This document shows, in pieces, positions 38,808-53,444 of a stretch of 64,000 nucleotides of DNA (its first letter is position 1; every line of letters begins with the position of its first letter). The notes below the pieces were generated by a model. It saw nothing but the letters and a program-made list of their open reading frames with translations, was not told the origin of the DNA and ran no database searches. This stretch comes from Chrysomallon squamiferum (lineage: Eukaryota; Animalia; Mollusca). The position numbers and the translations under genes were made by a program. The DNA is taken from NCBI GenBank assembly GCA_012295275.1, contig CM022670.1:2418001-2482000 (forward strand), in the 5' to 3' direction.

Positions 38808-41664
38808 TTAAAACTTCTCTATAATCTTTACCATTGAGCTGTATGTTCCTGTGGCAAAACCTAAAATTCCAACACAGACAATACAAATGTTTTTGATGAT
38901 CATGATCCTAGATACTCCCGACTCTGCACTGAAAGTGAATATTTCTATAAGAGCTGGGAAGATGAGGGCCAGTGAACAGCTAGCGAAAGCTCCTATTAGT
39001 GATATCAACAGATCTAGATGAGGAACAAGTATAGCGAAGAAAACTGAAATGAAAGAGAAAATAAGTTACAAGATAAGTTACAAAAATAACTTAAAATATG
39101 CCTGGAATATATATGTGGGTTTTTTTTGTTGCTGTGTATGCATGTGTATGCATGTGTGTGTTACACACATTTAGATATACACAGGGTATTTTTTATTTGT
39201 GTATATGTTTATGTTTGTGACAGTTTTTGTATTATCTTAATGCATGTCAGTATTTATGTATACACAAATAATATTCTATCTATGTCAGAATCTTTGTGAG
39301 ATATTTCATGTCTTTCTCTGCCTTCCTGTCTGTACAAGTTAATTCCAACCTGTTAGGATCCATAAATGGAAATATAATATAAGCAAAATTTTTAAAGTAT
39401 GTTTTAATGATTTAAATATTTTGACAGTCTAAATATTATATTATTATTTTTAAATTCAAAATAATACTTATAATTTGAATAAAGTTTTCAAATTTTTAAA
39501 AAATTTTCAAGACAATCTATTATCTATTCTTTTATGGAAGAAAATATAAACTTTAAAGCAATGGCTTTCAAACAGTGCTCCCCAAGATCCTTTCAGCAAG
39601 GTTAAAATTACTTACGTAAAAATGTTTTCAGATTTTTGTTTTCAATTCAGTAAACACTGGTATGTAAAAACAACAAACAAAAGCTCTGTGCAGTCCTGTA
39701 TTTTGGAGGACAAAAAGACCTAATCCAAAATAAAGAAATAAAATACTTACAAACAAGAAAGACTAGGATAATTCTGAATAAGTATTCTCCAACTTTAATA
39801 ACTCTCCTTGATGTAATATGTTTTTCTATAGAAGGCCAAATTATCTTCATAGGAACATAAAACTGAATTCCAAAAGTCACATACATTGAAATGGCAAACA
39901 TCAGTTTTACTGATAAATATAACCTGAAATAATAAAAAAAATAAAATCCAAAAGCTCACCGACAGTAATATTATTAAAAACAAATATAATAACTAAAACA
40001 AAACAAACAAACAAAAATACATCTTAAGATAAACACAGTTAGTAAATAATCAAACAAAAAATGGTAAATTAAAATTAATTTTTGTCTATAGTTTCATCAA
40101 CATTTCTTCTCACTTACATACTTAGTGGATGTAAGTATTCCAAAAATTAATTTTAATTTAAATATACATTGAAAATAGTTTCTCTGAATGCACAAACTTA
40201 TCACAAGGCCTGTGTAAAAACTACACACCAGTCATTGTTTGGTAGATTTAAAGTTATGCTGCCTTCAATAGCTTTCCCAAACTTCAGGTATCCATAGAAA
40301 CCCATAGACACATAGAGAACAGTTACTATGACCATTCCAAGATTCAGAACTCCTGTCCAGCCAGCAAATTCATGTCTGTTCTTCATCTTGTTCTCTAGTG
40401 GTAAAACCTAACAAATAAACAAACACATAAATAAATCTTATATGCTTAGAGAAATCAGTAAATTAATAAAGTATTAAAATGAAGATATTATTTTTTTAAG
40501 TCTATTAATCATTTAAAATTTACTATTTGAGATAAAAACAAAGAAAAACGATGGAAACAGAGATGAAAAAGAAAAAGAAAGAAAAAAAGAATCAATGGAT
40601 AAGAGAAACAAGAATTTTATTCACAATTCCTCTTAATAAAAAATAAAAAAATAAATATTTTCTCCATTTTGCTTACTTACCAAACTTATACCTTCATAAG
40701 CATAAATGGCAGTTCCAAAATAGAGGGGAAGACTACTCCATGAATTGAAAGCCGGCCTAGTGCTGACATCTGGCAGGTCTTGTAAGATGTAGACAAAGAT
40801 TATGACCAAGCCACACAATGTAAGTAGATTAGCAAAGGCAGAAAAGGGTGCCAGAGCTCTGAGATTCTTCAGAAAGGTGAATGGTATAAGTAGACACATT
40901 GTTACAACTTCATAAATGCGTATGTTAACACCAAGTGGATGGAATGCTTTAACAACCTAGAAAAAAAAAAAAAAAAAAAAATCTTAATAAGAAATTTTTC
41001 TAAAAATAAAAATTACTTAAATATAAGAAATTTAGGTTTTTATGGAATTTGCTTTGCTAAAAAAAACCATTTTGTCAAATAATGAGTCTAAAATATGATT
41101 TGGCTTTTTGATGACAGAACCTGTAGCAAAGAAGAAAAATAATATAAAATAATATATAATTACATGTAATGTTTTCTATTACAATAGAATCATATTGTAA
41201 AAGAAAACATTTACATACAAATAATAAAATTAAAAAAACATTTGAAAATATACAATAATTAATAATAATGATGTTGTTTATCTTGCTTCATATACCCATT
41301 GTTTTCAACTTTGAAATGAATAACACCACACCAGTTTTATCACCAGTTTTAATTAGTAATTTTAACTCACCTGTTCAACATTCTGAGCAATAAACACAAT
41401 GTATATACTACAGAAACCAAACTGTGTGATAATCAGCAGTGTATTGATTAGAACTCTGAAATAACATCATGTCATAGTTATACCAGAAAACATTAATACA
41501 GTAACAATGTGAACACATATTTTAATATAATTTATAAATGTCTGAGATAAACCAATATTTTCATGGTCTTTGCATATCTATACAATATTAAAAAACAAAA
41601 CAAAAAAAACCAAGTTCATTATATAATCATAAAGATGTACAGAAAATCAAAAACAAATAAATGC

Positions 41665-41718
<54 letters not shown>

Positions 41719-43343
41719 TAAATAAATAAATAAATAATACATGTAGTCATATTTTATTTGTTAATCATGAAGACATGTTACTGAAGTTTTGATAAGATGT
41801 AGCTACAAAAGATAACTCTAGTTCATTTGGCTATTTTGATTACTGCAAATGTGAAAGACATGACTGAAATCTGTTTTAACAATTCCTATTTTATGATAAA
41901 TTAGGTAAAGAAAATTAAAAATATCATATGAAGCAAATAAATGCCATACACTACCATTAAAAACAGTTACCTTGATGCTTTAGAAAATTTCTGAAATCTG
42001 ACTGGGCCTGTTTTAAGACTGGCTTCCATAACTCCAGCATAATCTAGAGTTACATGTGATGTCCTGTTAGAATTAAAATTACAAAAATGGAGTCTAGTCA
42101 TTTTACATAATGATTTAATTTTCTGGTGGATATTTTCAAAAAACCAACTGAAACTCTAAAGAATGTTGTTTAGTTCAGAAACTTTTTTAAGGATTCAAGC
42201 AAATAACAAAGCCAAAAAATATGCTATTTTACATTAAAGATTTTTGAGGATGCACATAGTGATTTGCCACTAAGTGAAAATTTGTTATGTTATTTATTTA
42301 TATATTTTTTAAAACAGGTATTTTTGTGATCTAATAACAGGATAAAATTATAGATTTATCCGAAATGTCTAGGAATTAAATCACTTATTTTAAATATTAA
42401 ATATTAGTAATTGTTATTATTATTATATGATTTTTCTTGTTGCATCTCTCATTTGAACAATATTTATTTATTTTATATGATTGCTCTGCCCTTTCATTTT
42501 ATAAAAACATTGTTTTATATATACCAAAAAAGTAATGTTAAAAATGATGAAAAACAGACATTAATCATATGTAAAATGACCCAGTGCTGAATAATTAATG
42601 TCCAACATTAACTGCAGTTAAACTTAAAATATAACTGATGTAATACACTGGCTAAACATAACTTACTAAAAGAACCAAGGTCATTTAAAAAGTATTATTT
42701 ACTATAAAAAAAAATGTATATAGCCAATACCACCTATTAATGACATTTCAGCTGTATAACTCTTCATCATTTCTCACTTTTGTTGTCTTTTAAAAAAAAA
42801 AAATCAGAAATTGTGGGTTGAGAACAAACAGTACATAAAATAGCAAACAAACCTTCTGCACAAAACATGGCTGCAGTTGACAAGAGAATGCATGCAGTGT
42901 ATGGCTATCACTCCTATTACTAACAGGCCAGCAAATCCAACCTGAAACACAGAAATATATTCAATTTTTACATTTTCTTGCTCTGCGGGTGCAGGTCTCA
43001 TACAAACAATATGGACCTCCTGTACCAAACAGTGTTTGTGTTCAAGAATTAATTAGAAAGAAAAAAGAACGCAAAAGTCTTAAAATTCTCCTGAAAGATT
43101 TGGTTATAAACTGGTACCAAAACATTATCCCATTACCTGTAAAAAGTAATATATTAAAAAACATAGTTTAATCACAGTACTGTCAAGTCTTGTGTTATAT
43201 ACAGCTCTGTAATATTTACAGTTCAACTGTGTCTATGGTTAATGTTATCTGCAGTTTAATAATTGTGTCTGTGGAAAAATTCATCTAAAGAAATATATAT
43301 TTTTTAAATATAATCATTCTGTATTAATTAATAATAATATAAA

Positions 43344-43378
<35 letters not shown>

Positions 43379-43749
43379 CAGTATTTATTTCTATTTATGC
43401 TTACCCAAATTCCTGAGTGCATAATGGCCACTGGCATTGCCAGGATACCAGTTCCAATATTTCCTTTCAGAAGATGCATTAGACACTGCATGTTTCTGAA
43501 TTATAAATTTATTATGTCAATCACAACATAAAAATATTTTAGTAACTTTTTAAATATAAAATTACTCATAATAGTAAAACACTAAAAATAATATAAAAAT
43601 GATTATGAATACACTCAAACAACTGAAATCTCAAATTAAAATACTTTAAATAGTAATGCCTAGCAGTAATAACTTTACCAAATCAATTAATTTATTTTTA
43701 ATTATTTGAATAACATTTAAAACGTGAACAAATAAAGTAAATAATAGAA

Positions 43750-43782
<33 letters not shown>

Positions 43783-44623
43783 TATAAAAGGCAGAAGAAG
43801 GAGATAAAGAAGAATCCATTTACTTAGGATAAAATAGTTAATTATTTGCAAATAGTTCCAGTATTCATGAAGCTTTCTTTTTTGTAATAATTTTATTTTA
43901 TGAAAACCCAATGCAATACCCATTTTTATTTAAATTCTTAACGAAACAAAAAAAAACAACTAACAACACAGAAATATATCAATACGGGTAAGAAAATAAA
44001 TAAAAATAGAGGATATACTAGAGGATAAATGAAACAGATTGAAAAGCAATGTACACTACAAACTTTTAATTACAAGTAAAGAAGGCAACAAAAGAAAAAG
44101 GGAAAAAAAGATAAAAGAAATAATCACAGTATCAAACAATATTAATTTATGAGTTTCTGACACAGTGTTATAAAATAACATTTCAAGACAGCCAACTGTT
44201 TTCTTTTTTTTCTTTTTTTTTTATCACAGTAAATAAACAAATAATGAAATATGCCACTATTAGATCTTGGCAACTATTTCTCAAAAAACAAACAAAAAAG
44301 AAAGAACGTGATGAAATTACAAAACTTATCACACTTAAAAGTGACATATTGTGATTTTCAAAGGTTCTTAGTAAACGCTGTTCCTAGGAAAAATAAAAAT
44401 TAAAGGTTTCTCACGTGGTTTTGTGCTCGTCTGCAGGATCATGTCTGTAACTTCCACTCTGGGCGATGTAGGCACCAACAGAATTTTCTACCTCAATGTG
44501 AAGAGGTACATCATCACTTATAATTGGAGGTGATGTAGGTACTGATGATTTCTGGGTTGAAATCTCCAATTTCTCAGGCTCTTGCAATAATGCTGTGGTT
44601 TCTGTCACTTCAGAATCATCCAT
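38808..44623 (-). CDS. Proton-coupled amino acid transporter, SLC36 (PAT1/PAT4/pathetic-like); 9 coding exons, 476 aa
   Basis: Exons 44623-44415, 43495-43405, 42941-42853, 42063-41971, 41455-41371, 40956-40681, 40407-40229, 39923-39751, 39043-38808, all in phase (1431 nt). Motifs [68 protein letters not shown]-terminal ETTALL fits a [DE]xxxLL lysosomal sorting signal. Confidence 0.95.
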
Positions 44624-46079
44624 TTTTCTTGTCTTGCTTGAAACCTTGAAATAATAATAATAATAAAAAAATAATGAAAATGTAGTAATTTTATATTGTG
44701 ACTATTACTAAATTTGAAAACATAAATAATACTGTGATTTGTGTTATTTCTGAAACATACATTTCAAAATGCATAACAGAACATTATTTTAAAATTTCTT
44801 TTTATAACCTGTTGAAATGAATATTAGGAATGTAGGTATGTTTACAATGCTGAAATTAATGAAAGGTTAATTAAGTTGATATTTTAAACAGGAAAAATGC
44901 AAATTAAAAATTTTGTAATTGAATTTCTGTAATTAATTACTTTTGTCATTTACATTAAATGTTCAGACTTTGACAGCTCATCTGATTAATATGAAATAAT
45001 ATATTTACTTTAGTTTTTAGTTATATTTGTAGGAAGTATTGTATTTAGTTTTGAATGTAATTAAATATAAAGTTACACAGTCATCTCAGTGATACTGGGA
45101 ATTAAATTTAAAAACCTATCAAGAAAACATAATTTAAAAAATAAATAATTAGAACAAACTGGTAGAAAAATTATGAAATAAACAAAACAAAAAACCAAAC
45201 AACAACAACAACAAAAGAAAGCCGAACTTAAAAGAAAAACAAAAACAAATTTTACTTACACTACTAGGTTTGATGATAATCACCAATCAGAATTTTGTTG
45301 GCCATTAACTTGTTTCATGATTCTGTCAACAACCTGCAATAAAAATTATTTGGAGGATGTCTTCAGTCAGCTGATATCGTTGTCAGAGTCCAACATAAAC
45401 ACAGAATGAGAATACCTAATTCTAAGGCTAAGTTAAATGTTAAATTAGTTGTTAGTTTCAGCAGATGTAACGAAATGTTTGAGTGAGAATAACTCTTATG
45501 AAAACTTTAGGCAATGATCAAAAAAGTCTCAAGCAATTTAGGTATTTTTAGAAACAGATAACAACGATAATGTTTTATTTCCTGTTCATCTGATTCTTAA
45601 TAATCTATGGACTTCCCCCTGGTATTCTAAACACAACAAAAAATCACATGACCTTTCCTGAGGGAGATAACTCTAAATCAACTAGTAATCAGTGATGCAT
45701 TAATAGTCTTCTTAGATAACATGGGTAACACGTAAGATATAATAACTTTCAGTGTTACACGTGAGTTTTGGCGATGTTTGTTTAAAACTATAAAAGGGAA
45801 TTATTATTAATTCAGTGTCATCTTATGTCATAACGTGCAGTATTAGGATAAGAAAACTATTATTCGTAGTCACAGCATTTCAAGATGAATATCAATAAAT
45901 TTTCATGAAAAACGGAATATTTAAAACAATTTAAACATCTATCTAATATTAACAATAAGTTGAATAACAATCAATAATTTACTTGCCTACCAAGTTTCCA
46001 ATACGTTCGAATATAACAAAAATAAATAAAAATAAAATTATATCTTTCTATGTATGTCTCGTTTTAAACTTAAACTAAG

Positions 46080-46390
46080 TTAAACAACTTAAAATATTCG
46101 GAAGAACTCGATTGTGAAGTCGACCGAAGAGCTCCGAATGTGATATCCGAATACTTCAACCGACTTCGGCTATGTCACTTATGTGTCAATTCACAAACAG
46201 CGCAAAATGGGGAAGTGTTTGTTTACAGTTTCTATCATCAATATATGTGTCATCTGACTGATACAGTAAACTAAAATTTGTTTCATTCTGAAAAAAAAAA
46301 AAAAATCTTGTCGCCAAAAGGCTAGTGTTATGCAAATTTAAATCGCCAAAACAGAATTTCACTCGCAGTATTGCGCCCTGTTACAAGTGA
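46080..46390. promoter_or_regulatory. Putative bidirectional promoter between SLC36 (-) and the folate-receptor-like gene (+)
   Basis: Only CpG-dense patch between the two divergent ATGs; clustered CCGAA/TCGGAA words; candidate minus-strand donor for a 5' UTR exon near 45990. Confidence 0.5.
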
Positions 46391-46392
46391 TG

Positions 46393-46455
46393 GACTCTAA
46401 CATAAATTACATCATGTTATTAACAATGTAACATGATGTAATTTATGTTAAAGTC
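46393..46455. repeat. Perfect 22-bp inverted repeat with 9-nt spacer
   Basis: TAACATAAATTACATCATGTTA (46398-46419) and its exact reverse complement (46429-46450), extended by GACT/AGTC after one mismatch. Confidence 0.9.
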
Positions 46456-46792
46456 GTAACCATTTTTGTTTTTGGTTATAAAATGTTGGTCCTTATAATA
46501 CTGGATCATTAAATATAAAATACTAGTAAAAGTCACGTTTTATATCGTTTTGGTTAGTAAATGAAAAGTTAATTAATTATATATAATTATTTGTGTGCAT
46601 TTGAATACATTCAAATCTGTAAATAATAGTTAAGATTTTTACTATTATTTTTATTTATTTTGTGTATATGTATATGTATATGTATATATATATAAAAACT
46701 ATAAACAAAAGAAATGAAAAATAATAATATTTTCATATTTAATTTACATGTACATATTTATATATTTAATTAACATACAATTTTATTAGAGT

Positions 46793-47056
46793 AAAAACAT
46801 TGGAGGAAATAATGTAATTAATGGAAATAATTATTCTGTTAATTAACCAAACATCCACAAAAGACATTTTTTTCATATTCAGGTTTATTGGTGCATGCAT
46901 CCTCAGTAATAAAATGTTACTAAAAATGTTTAAAATGTATTAAATAAAAACATTGGAGGAAGTAACATAATTAATTGAAATAAATTCAAACTTATTTTAT
47001 TAAGTCAACCAAATATATTCAATAGAATTTTTTATATATTCCTGTTTATTGGTGAA
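46793..47056. repeat. Diverged tandem duplication, ~153-bp period
   Basis: aaaaacattggaggaa...taattaat.gaaataa...gtttattggtg at ~46793 and ~46946. Confidence 0.75.
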
Positions 47057-47312
47057 CTGGATGTGCTTACATCCTGTGTTAATACATAAAGTGAATTTCT
47101 TGAATAAAACAAAATATTATATGTAATCCTAAAACATGGATTTTTATAAATTTTATTATTGTTATTTTTCACAACGTACATTCATTTATTAGAGTATCAG
47201 TTTTAGTTACATGAGTTTTCCTCTGCATATTTATTGCTGTACATAGAAAATATACAGTTATGTGTTAGATATTGACTTTATATTTCATTTTTAATTTTCT
47301 TTCAATTAGAAC

Positions 47313-47884
47313 ATGATTTCATCAAATCTAGTGAAAGTCGTCACTTTGGTATTCATTTGGCTTTGCTTAGAGACATGTGAATCACTGAACATTGAAGATT
47401 TCACAGAAGTTTGTATGGATGGACTCAACCACAAAAGTAAACCAGGACCTGAGGATAATTTATTCCAAATGGTGATTAGCTGTGTATCATTTTAAACATT
47501 TTTAATAACAAATGGTTAATTATTAAACACACACACAGAGTCAAACCAAAATCATTCTTTCTTTACTATCAGTACATAATATATATACATTTTTTTTTTT
47601 TTAAATTAAAAATAGTAATATTAACAAAATTTTCTTTTATTAGTTGCATTTAATAACCTCTGAAATATTGATAAAACTTTTAACTTTCAGTGTGCACCTT
47701 GGAAAAATCGATCTTGTTGTACAGGTGAGACAACTAAACAGATACACCTGTCAGATACCTGGCTGAACTTTGACTGGAATCACTGTGGTTGGCTGTCACA
47801 TCGGTGCAGAGAGCAGTTTATCCAGGACTTGTGTTTTTATGAATGCTCGCCCAATCTCGGACCATGGCTAGTTGAAGTGCGTAT

Positions 47885-47915
<31 letters not shown>

Positions 47916-49297
47916 TTAAACATTATCTTTTAATGTGTAACTGGTGTCACCAACCAGCAAGAAAAATGCTCATAAATTTTACATGTTCAGTGAATGACTT
48001 TGTATTTGATGCATATTTACTTCATGTTTGGTACGTATTTATTTATATGTTAAATTAATATGTTAAGATAGAAATCTCCTTATTATTTATGATCTAAATC
48101 CATAAATTAAATTCAAAATACTATGTAATTCCTACTGATAAATATTTATGTTATATAAATAAAAAAACATGTTATTATAACAAATATACAAGAGAACATA
48201 ATACAAAATATATATATTTATACATATATATGCACAGAAACATGTGTATTGTTTAGGTTTATGTATTTCTGCATTTTTCTGTCCTTTAATAGTTATGATA
48301 TATTTGCAAATAATTTTGTCCAAATAATCCATTTTTTTCACTATCTGGTTAAAGTTAGTTATTGGTGTTTGCAAATATGTGACAATCAACAATATTAAAT
48401 TGAATATTATTATTTAGAATAGCTTGGAGCATATCATTTAGTTTCTGAATCTGTCATTTATTTATATTACTTTTATTTTATTTTATACACTTCTAATTGT
48501 ATGATCACCAGTTTACATCGATTATTATTGAAAAAACTGAATTCATTTCAAATAATAAAAAAAAAAAATTAAAAAAATTATTTCAAATATTATTTCTAAT
48601 TTCTCTGCATGATGTGCTTTTAATGAAATGTTTGCATTTTAGGTAAACATGAAAATAAGAAATCAGGCCCAAAAGAATGTTCCTCTTTGCCAGTCTGTCT
48701 GCAGCAACTGGTGGAATGACTGCAAAAATGACCTCACATGCTTAGCAGATTGGTCTCGTGGATTTAACTGGTCCACTGGTAAGGAAAACGTGTGGCATTT
48801 TCATCCTACCTCCTTGCAGGTTTATTAACACACTCTCACAAAATCCCTTTGTCTTTGGGAAGCAGTATCGTAAACACCCTTGAAACCACTTGTTTTTCTC
48901 TAAACCAATGTACAGTTTTGCTTTTATACGGTTTTGAGAAGCACACACATTTTGAAATCATTACAGAACTCCTACTAAATGAGGTTCACATTCTGTTTTT
49001 GCAGGGATAAACAAGTGTCCTAGTAACAGTCAGTGTAAACCATTTCACGAGATTTATTCGGATGCTAACTCTTTCTGTGAACAAGTGTGGGGACGTGCGT
49101 GGAAGGTGGTTCCTGATGATGAACCGTGCATGTACACCTGGTTTGATGCAGTCCACGGCAACCCCAATGATAAAGTGGCCTTAGAGAAAGCAAGACAGTT
49201 GGTTGGTGGATCAGACGTTACAAAACTTTCACACTTGTGTCTGCTGATGAATCTAATTCTTTTTTGGATAATGTGGTTGGATTTGGATAAACATTGA
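47313..49297 (+). CDS. Folate receptor family protein (signal peptide, probable GPI anchor); 4 exons, 257 aa
   Basis: Exons 47313-47471, 47691-47876, 48643-48778, 49005-49297, in phase (774 nt). Motifs CMDGLNHKSKPGPE, CAPWKNRSCC, FDWNHCG, FIQDLCFYECSPNLGPW, NVPLC, WFDAVHGNPN; hydrophobic N- and C-termini. Confidence 0.95.
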
Positions 49298-52035
49298 ACA
49301 ATTATTATTTTTTTTTTTATAAATATTTTTATATTGAAGTTATAGATTTTTTTAAATTTTAGAATTTGGGCTTTCGTTGTGATGCATATTCATACAAATA
49401 TTTTGTATTGTGTTTGTTTTTATACATTTTGGAAGCTGGTTTATATATATATACAAATAATTTGAAGAGAATTTATCTTCAATTTAGTGCTAATCCTTTT
49501 GTTGCTTTTGGTATTATTCACATGCCTTACTGACTGAATAAGCTTTTGGTTTTGGTTTACAATCTGAATCATTCTATCTAACTTAAATATTTAACCAAAA
49601 TTATTTTTTATTTTTTAATCTTGTGCAATTTATTGTTAAAGCAACTGGCATTGATTTTTGAATGTTCTTGAATTAATTGTTTAAGGAACTGGTTTTAATT
49701 TTTGAATCTTGTACACTTAATTAATTATAATGTAAAGAAACTAGTTTTGATATTTTACTCCTGTACACCCAATTGTTATTTTGACTTTTTAATCTAGTAC
49801 ACTTAATAGTCATTTAATGAAACTGGATTCAGTAAGGTATTAATTTATGTAATCTCAAGCCTATCTTACAAGATCAACTGGATTTTATCCTGATCTTGAA
49901 AGTGCTCAGCATCAGGTTTGCAATTGCTTAATTATTATTGTGTTCTAACTGCCTTAAGATAACAAATCTGAGTTTGAATGTGTTCAGTTTTAAATCCAGT
50001 GTTATTTTAGTGTTATTTTAAATCCATGATGGCAGACATCGAAAATGAAATATGTTTTTCTCCAAGTCCTTTAATTTCCAATTCCATATATGAAGAATTT
50101 GTCTATAGTTGTTGATACCAATAGTTTAGTCTCACTGTAAGAAACAAATGCATACAAAAAAATCCCTATCTGGTAATCAGTAAGAGTAACTCTTACCTGG
50201 TATCTTCTCATACCAAGAAATCAAAATTTTATGTTTAATAATGAATGTATTCATTTTATTTCATGATGGTAAATGTGAATTACCCATTTTTGGTTTCAGA
50301 ATATATTAACAATGGCAACACAAGTTGTATGTCAGAGAATTGGACACAATTTTTTAGTACTTGCTCATATCCTGAAACACAAAGTACACTGACTACACTG
50401 GGTACCTGTTCGATTTTCTAGAAACTCAGGTAAATACAATCAAGATGAAAATAACTTTTCAAAATCAGTACTGGCTTTTTTCAATACTCGTACATAATCG
50501 GTTCTGGTTTTATCACATGAAGGGTAAATTATTCAGGATTTGGAGTGGAATTTAGATTTTATGTGTGAACCAGATTGATCGGATTATAATTTATTTGTTT
50601 TACTATGACAATCAGCAGTTTAAAATTTTGTATTCTAAGAAAGTTGATGAAATGTAAATTGTGTTCAGTTTTAACATTTGCTTCCAATAAATTATATTTT
50701 CATAAGCATTTTTTGTTGTTGTTTATGAATGTTTACAGAAAAAAAGCAAAAACCAAAAAGACAAAAAATCCAAGTTAACACCTCACCTAAATACTACAGT
50801 TAATATTCATTCTCTCTCACTCTCTATATATTTGGAAAGATATAGCAGAACTTACTATAAGTGAGAAGTTTTATATATATAATGGTTACAGTCTTAAGTT
50901 ATTGGCTTTCTCCTGTGAACGTTAGAATGCCAAATGCAGCGAGACCTTGCTTCATTGCTTTCACCATTCGACCTGAGCAAGACGTTTTCACACTCATCTG
51001 GCAATCATTAATGAAACAGTAACTAAAATTAACTGTTTTTATTTCTCAACGATGGTTTTAATACTATCAAAGCGGTCTTTTAACATCAAAATCTCATTTA
51101 AGCATCAAAGTACAATTTATGTAAATAAATAATTTACGAAAGTAAATTCAGTTTCATCTGAAAAAGCTACCTTTGTGGTCAGTGAACGAACATACAGAAA
51201 TTTAATAGTCGTCATATCTTACCACTATTTATAGAGATTGCAGGATAAATAAATAAATAAATAAATAAATACATAATAAATAAATATCAAGGATGAAGAA
51301 ATGCCCTTTTCTGCCCTGACCAGGTCCATTTTCAGTCAATAAATAAAAATAAACGCCTTTCTTTTTAATGAATACAAATATAAAATACCGTTCACCAGTG
51401 CACACGGAAAAAGATTGTTTTGTCAGTCATGTCATCAGCATCTTTTACTTGTTCGATTTGAAGAGAAGTACCACCCCACCCCGTCACAATAATTATAACA
51501 AAATGCATAATAATATGCAGTAACACTCTAGCGAAAACAAAACTCTTTTATGTTAATCCCGTTGTAACGCCGGGTCGAAGGCACATGCCCCATTTGTCCC
51601 TTTTAAATTCCCCCCACAACTGTCAATATCTCCTTCTTAAATGTATTAGTAACATCCAAGCAATTTTACGTGTTTCTCTGAATAACCTTTTGCTAGTTAT
51701 AAAATACGACTACGTTAAACAACATTTCTGAAGCGATTCACTGACGCTGCCAGTTTCCTTTCCATCGTTGCGGTGATGTTTACAAATCGAGGGATAAATA
51801 AAAATAACAAAACAAAACAAAAACAACCAAAAAACAACAACAGCAAAAAGAGCAAAAAGAGCAAAATAAGAATAGGAAAAAAAAAGTAGCAACGTCAAAA
51901 CCTAATAAATAAGGAGTTTTACTTATTCTTTCTCATTTTTATCTCATTAATCTAGCATACTGGGTTATTTTATTTATTGCATGTTACATTGTAAAACGAT
52001 GTCCCATACTTTCTACACTCCCAAGCCTTGACAAC

Positions 52036-53391
52036 ATGGCCTACGGAACATTATGCTACGTCCTTCTCCTATTCGCATTTACAACATGCAGTGCAGATTC
52101 AGGTAATATTCGACAAAAGCTTCGGCATTATATTCAGCATCTGGTCGACTGTAAGAATCTAATGGGATTGGCGGTTGCCGTGGTTAAAGGAAACGAGACA
52201 ATTTATCAGGGTGGATTCGGGTACCAGACACTGGACAGCAAGAAGCCTGTGACGGAGAAAACTTTGTTCAACATTGGATCTAATTCGAAAGCCTTCACTG
52301 CAACGCTTGCTGCTTTCGCGGTTGGTGATGGCAAACTATCATGGGATCAGCCTCTTCGGGAGATTTTCGGTAAAGATTTTCGACTTCAAGGCGAATTCAG
52401 AACAGCTGAGGCATCAATTCGTGATCTGTTGTCGCACAAACTTGGGATGCCCTCATACTGGGGAGTGTCAACAGCCGTTATGAATTTTAGCAGAGAAGAA
52501 ATTGTCAAGTTAGTTTTTCTAAATGTTTCCTAACAAAAAAGTGCCCGAGTGTGTGTGTTGGAGGCAGATTTGAGAGATTTATATGTCTCAGTGCTGGTTA
52601 TATCATCGCTGGACACAACTATAACTTAAAAAAACAACAATAAACAAACAAACAAACAAACAACAACAACAACAAAACTCGACAAAAAACAACAACAACA
52701 ACAACCTAACAGCTTCAAGGAATTTTAATTCAGTTATTACCGAATATTATTCATTGTTAACGCTTGTTAAACAGCGCCTCTTAGGTTGTATGCATTTTTG
52801 GATCTTCTCACATTTAAACCCTGCTTTGTTTATGTTTGTATAAGTGGATTAATACCATAATATTAAAATATTTTATTTTACAGACGATTTCAGTATTTCC
52901 CGGTCAAATATTGTTTTCGTCAAAGGTTCCTTTATTCGAATTACCCATTTGTGTTGGCTGGAGCGGCCATCGAAAAAGCTACTGGAGAAAAGTGGGAAAA
53001 AGCTATATATAACAAAATATACAGACCTTTAGGTAAAGCATTATCTTGTATATCTATATTAATTTTGAGCTAATAGATTTTTATTAACATTCATCAGTAA
53101 AATACGCTATTTGTGTACAAGTATATCATATTAGATCAGGCAACCCACAGAATGCTTATATAACATATTCAATGAATTTGATAAACCTAGAAATGGAAAC
53201 AATTGAAGGCATTTCCCCATTTTGAAATCATAGATCTGCCCTTGATACAAATTAGGTTATTGAATTATAAACCTACTTAGCATATTTTAATATGAATTGT
53301 TAATGTGGCTTTGTTTTTTGTATTTTGTGTGTGTTTTTTTGGGGGTATCATGTTAACAAACTCGTATTCGATTTGAGAGAATACTGCACGC

Positions 53392-53444
<53 letters not shown>

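Noticed and set aside
41852-41862. TGAAAGACATG matching the 5' half of miR-71
   Set aside because: The match stops after 11 nt and there is no precursor hairpin.
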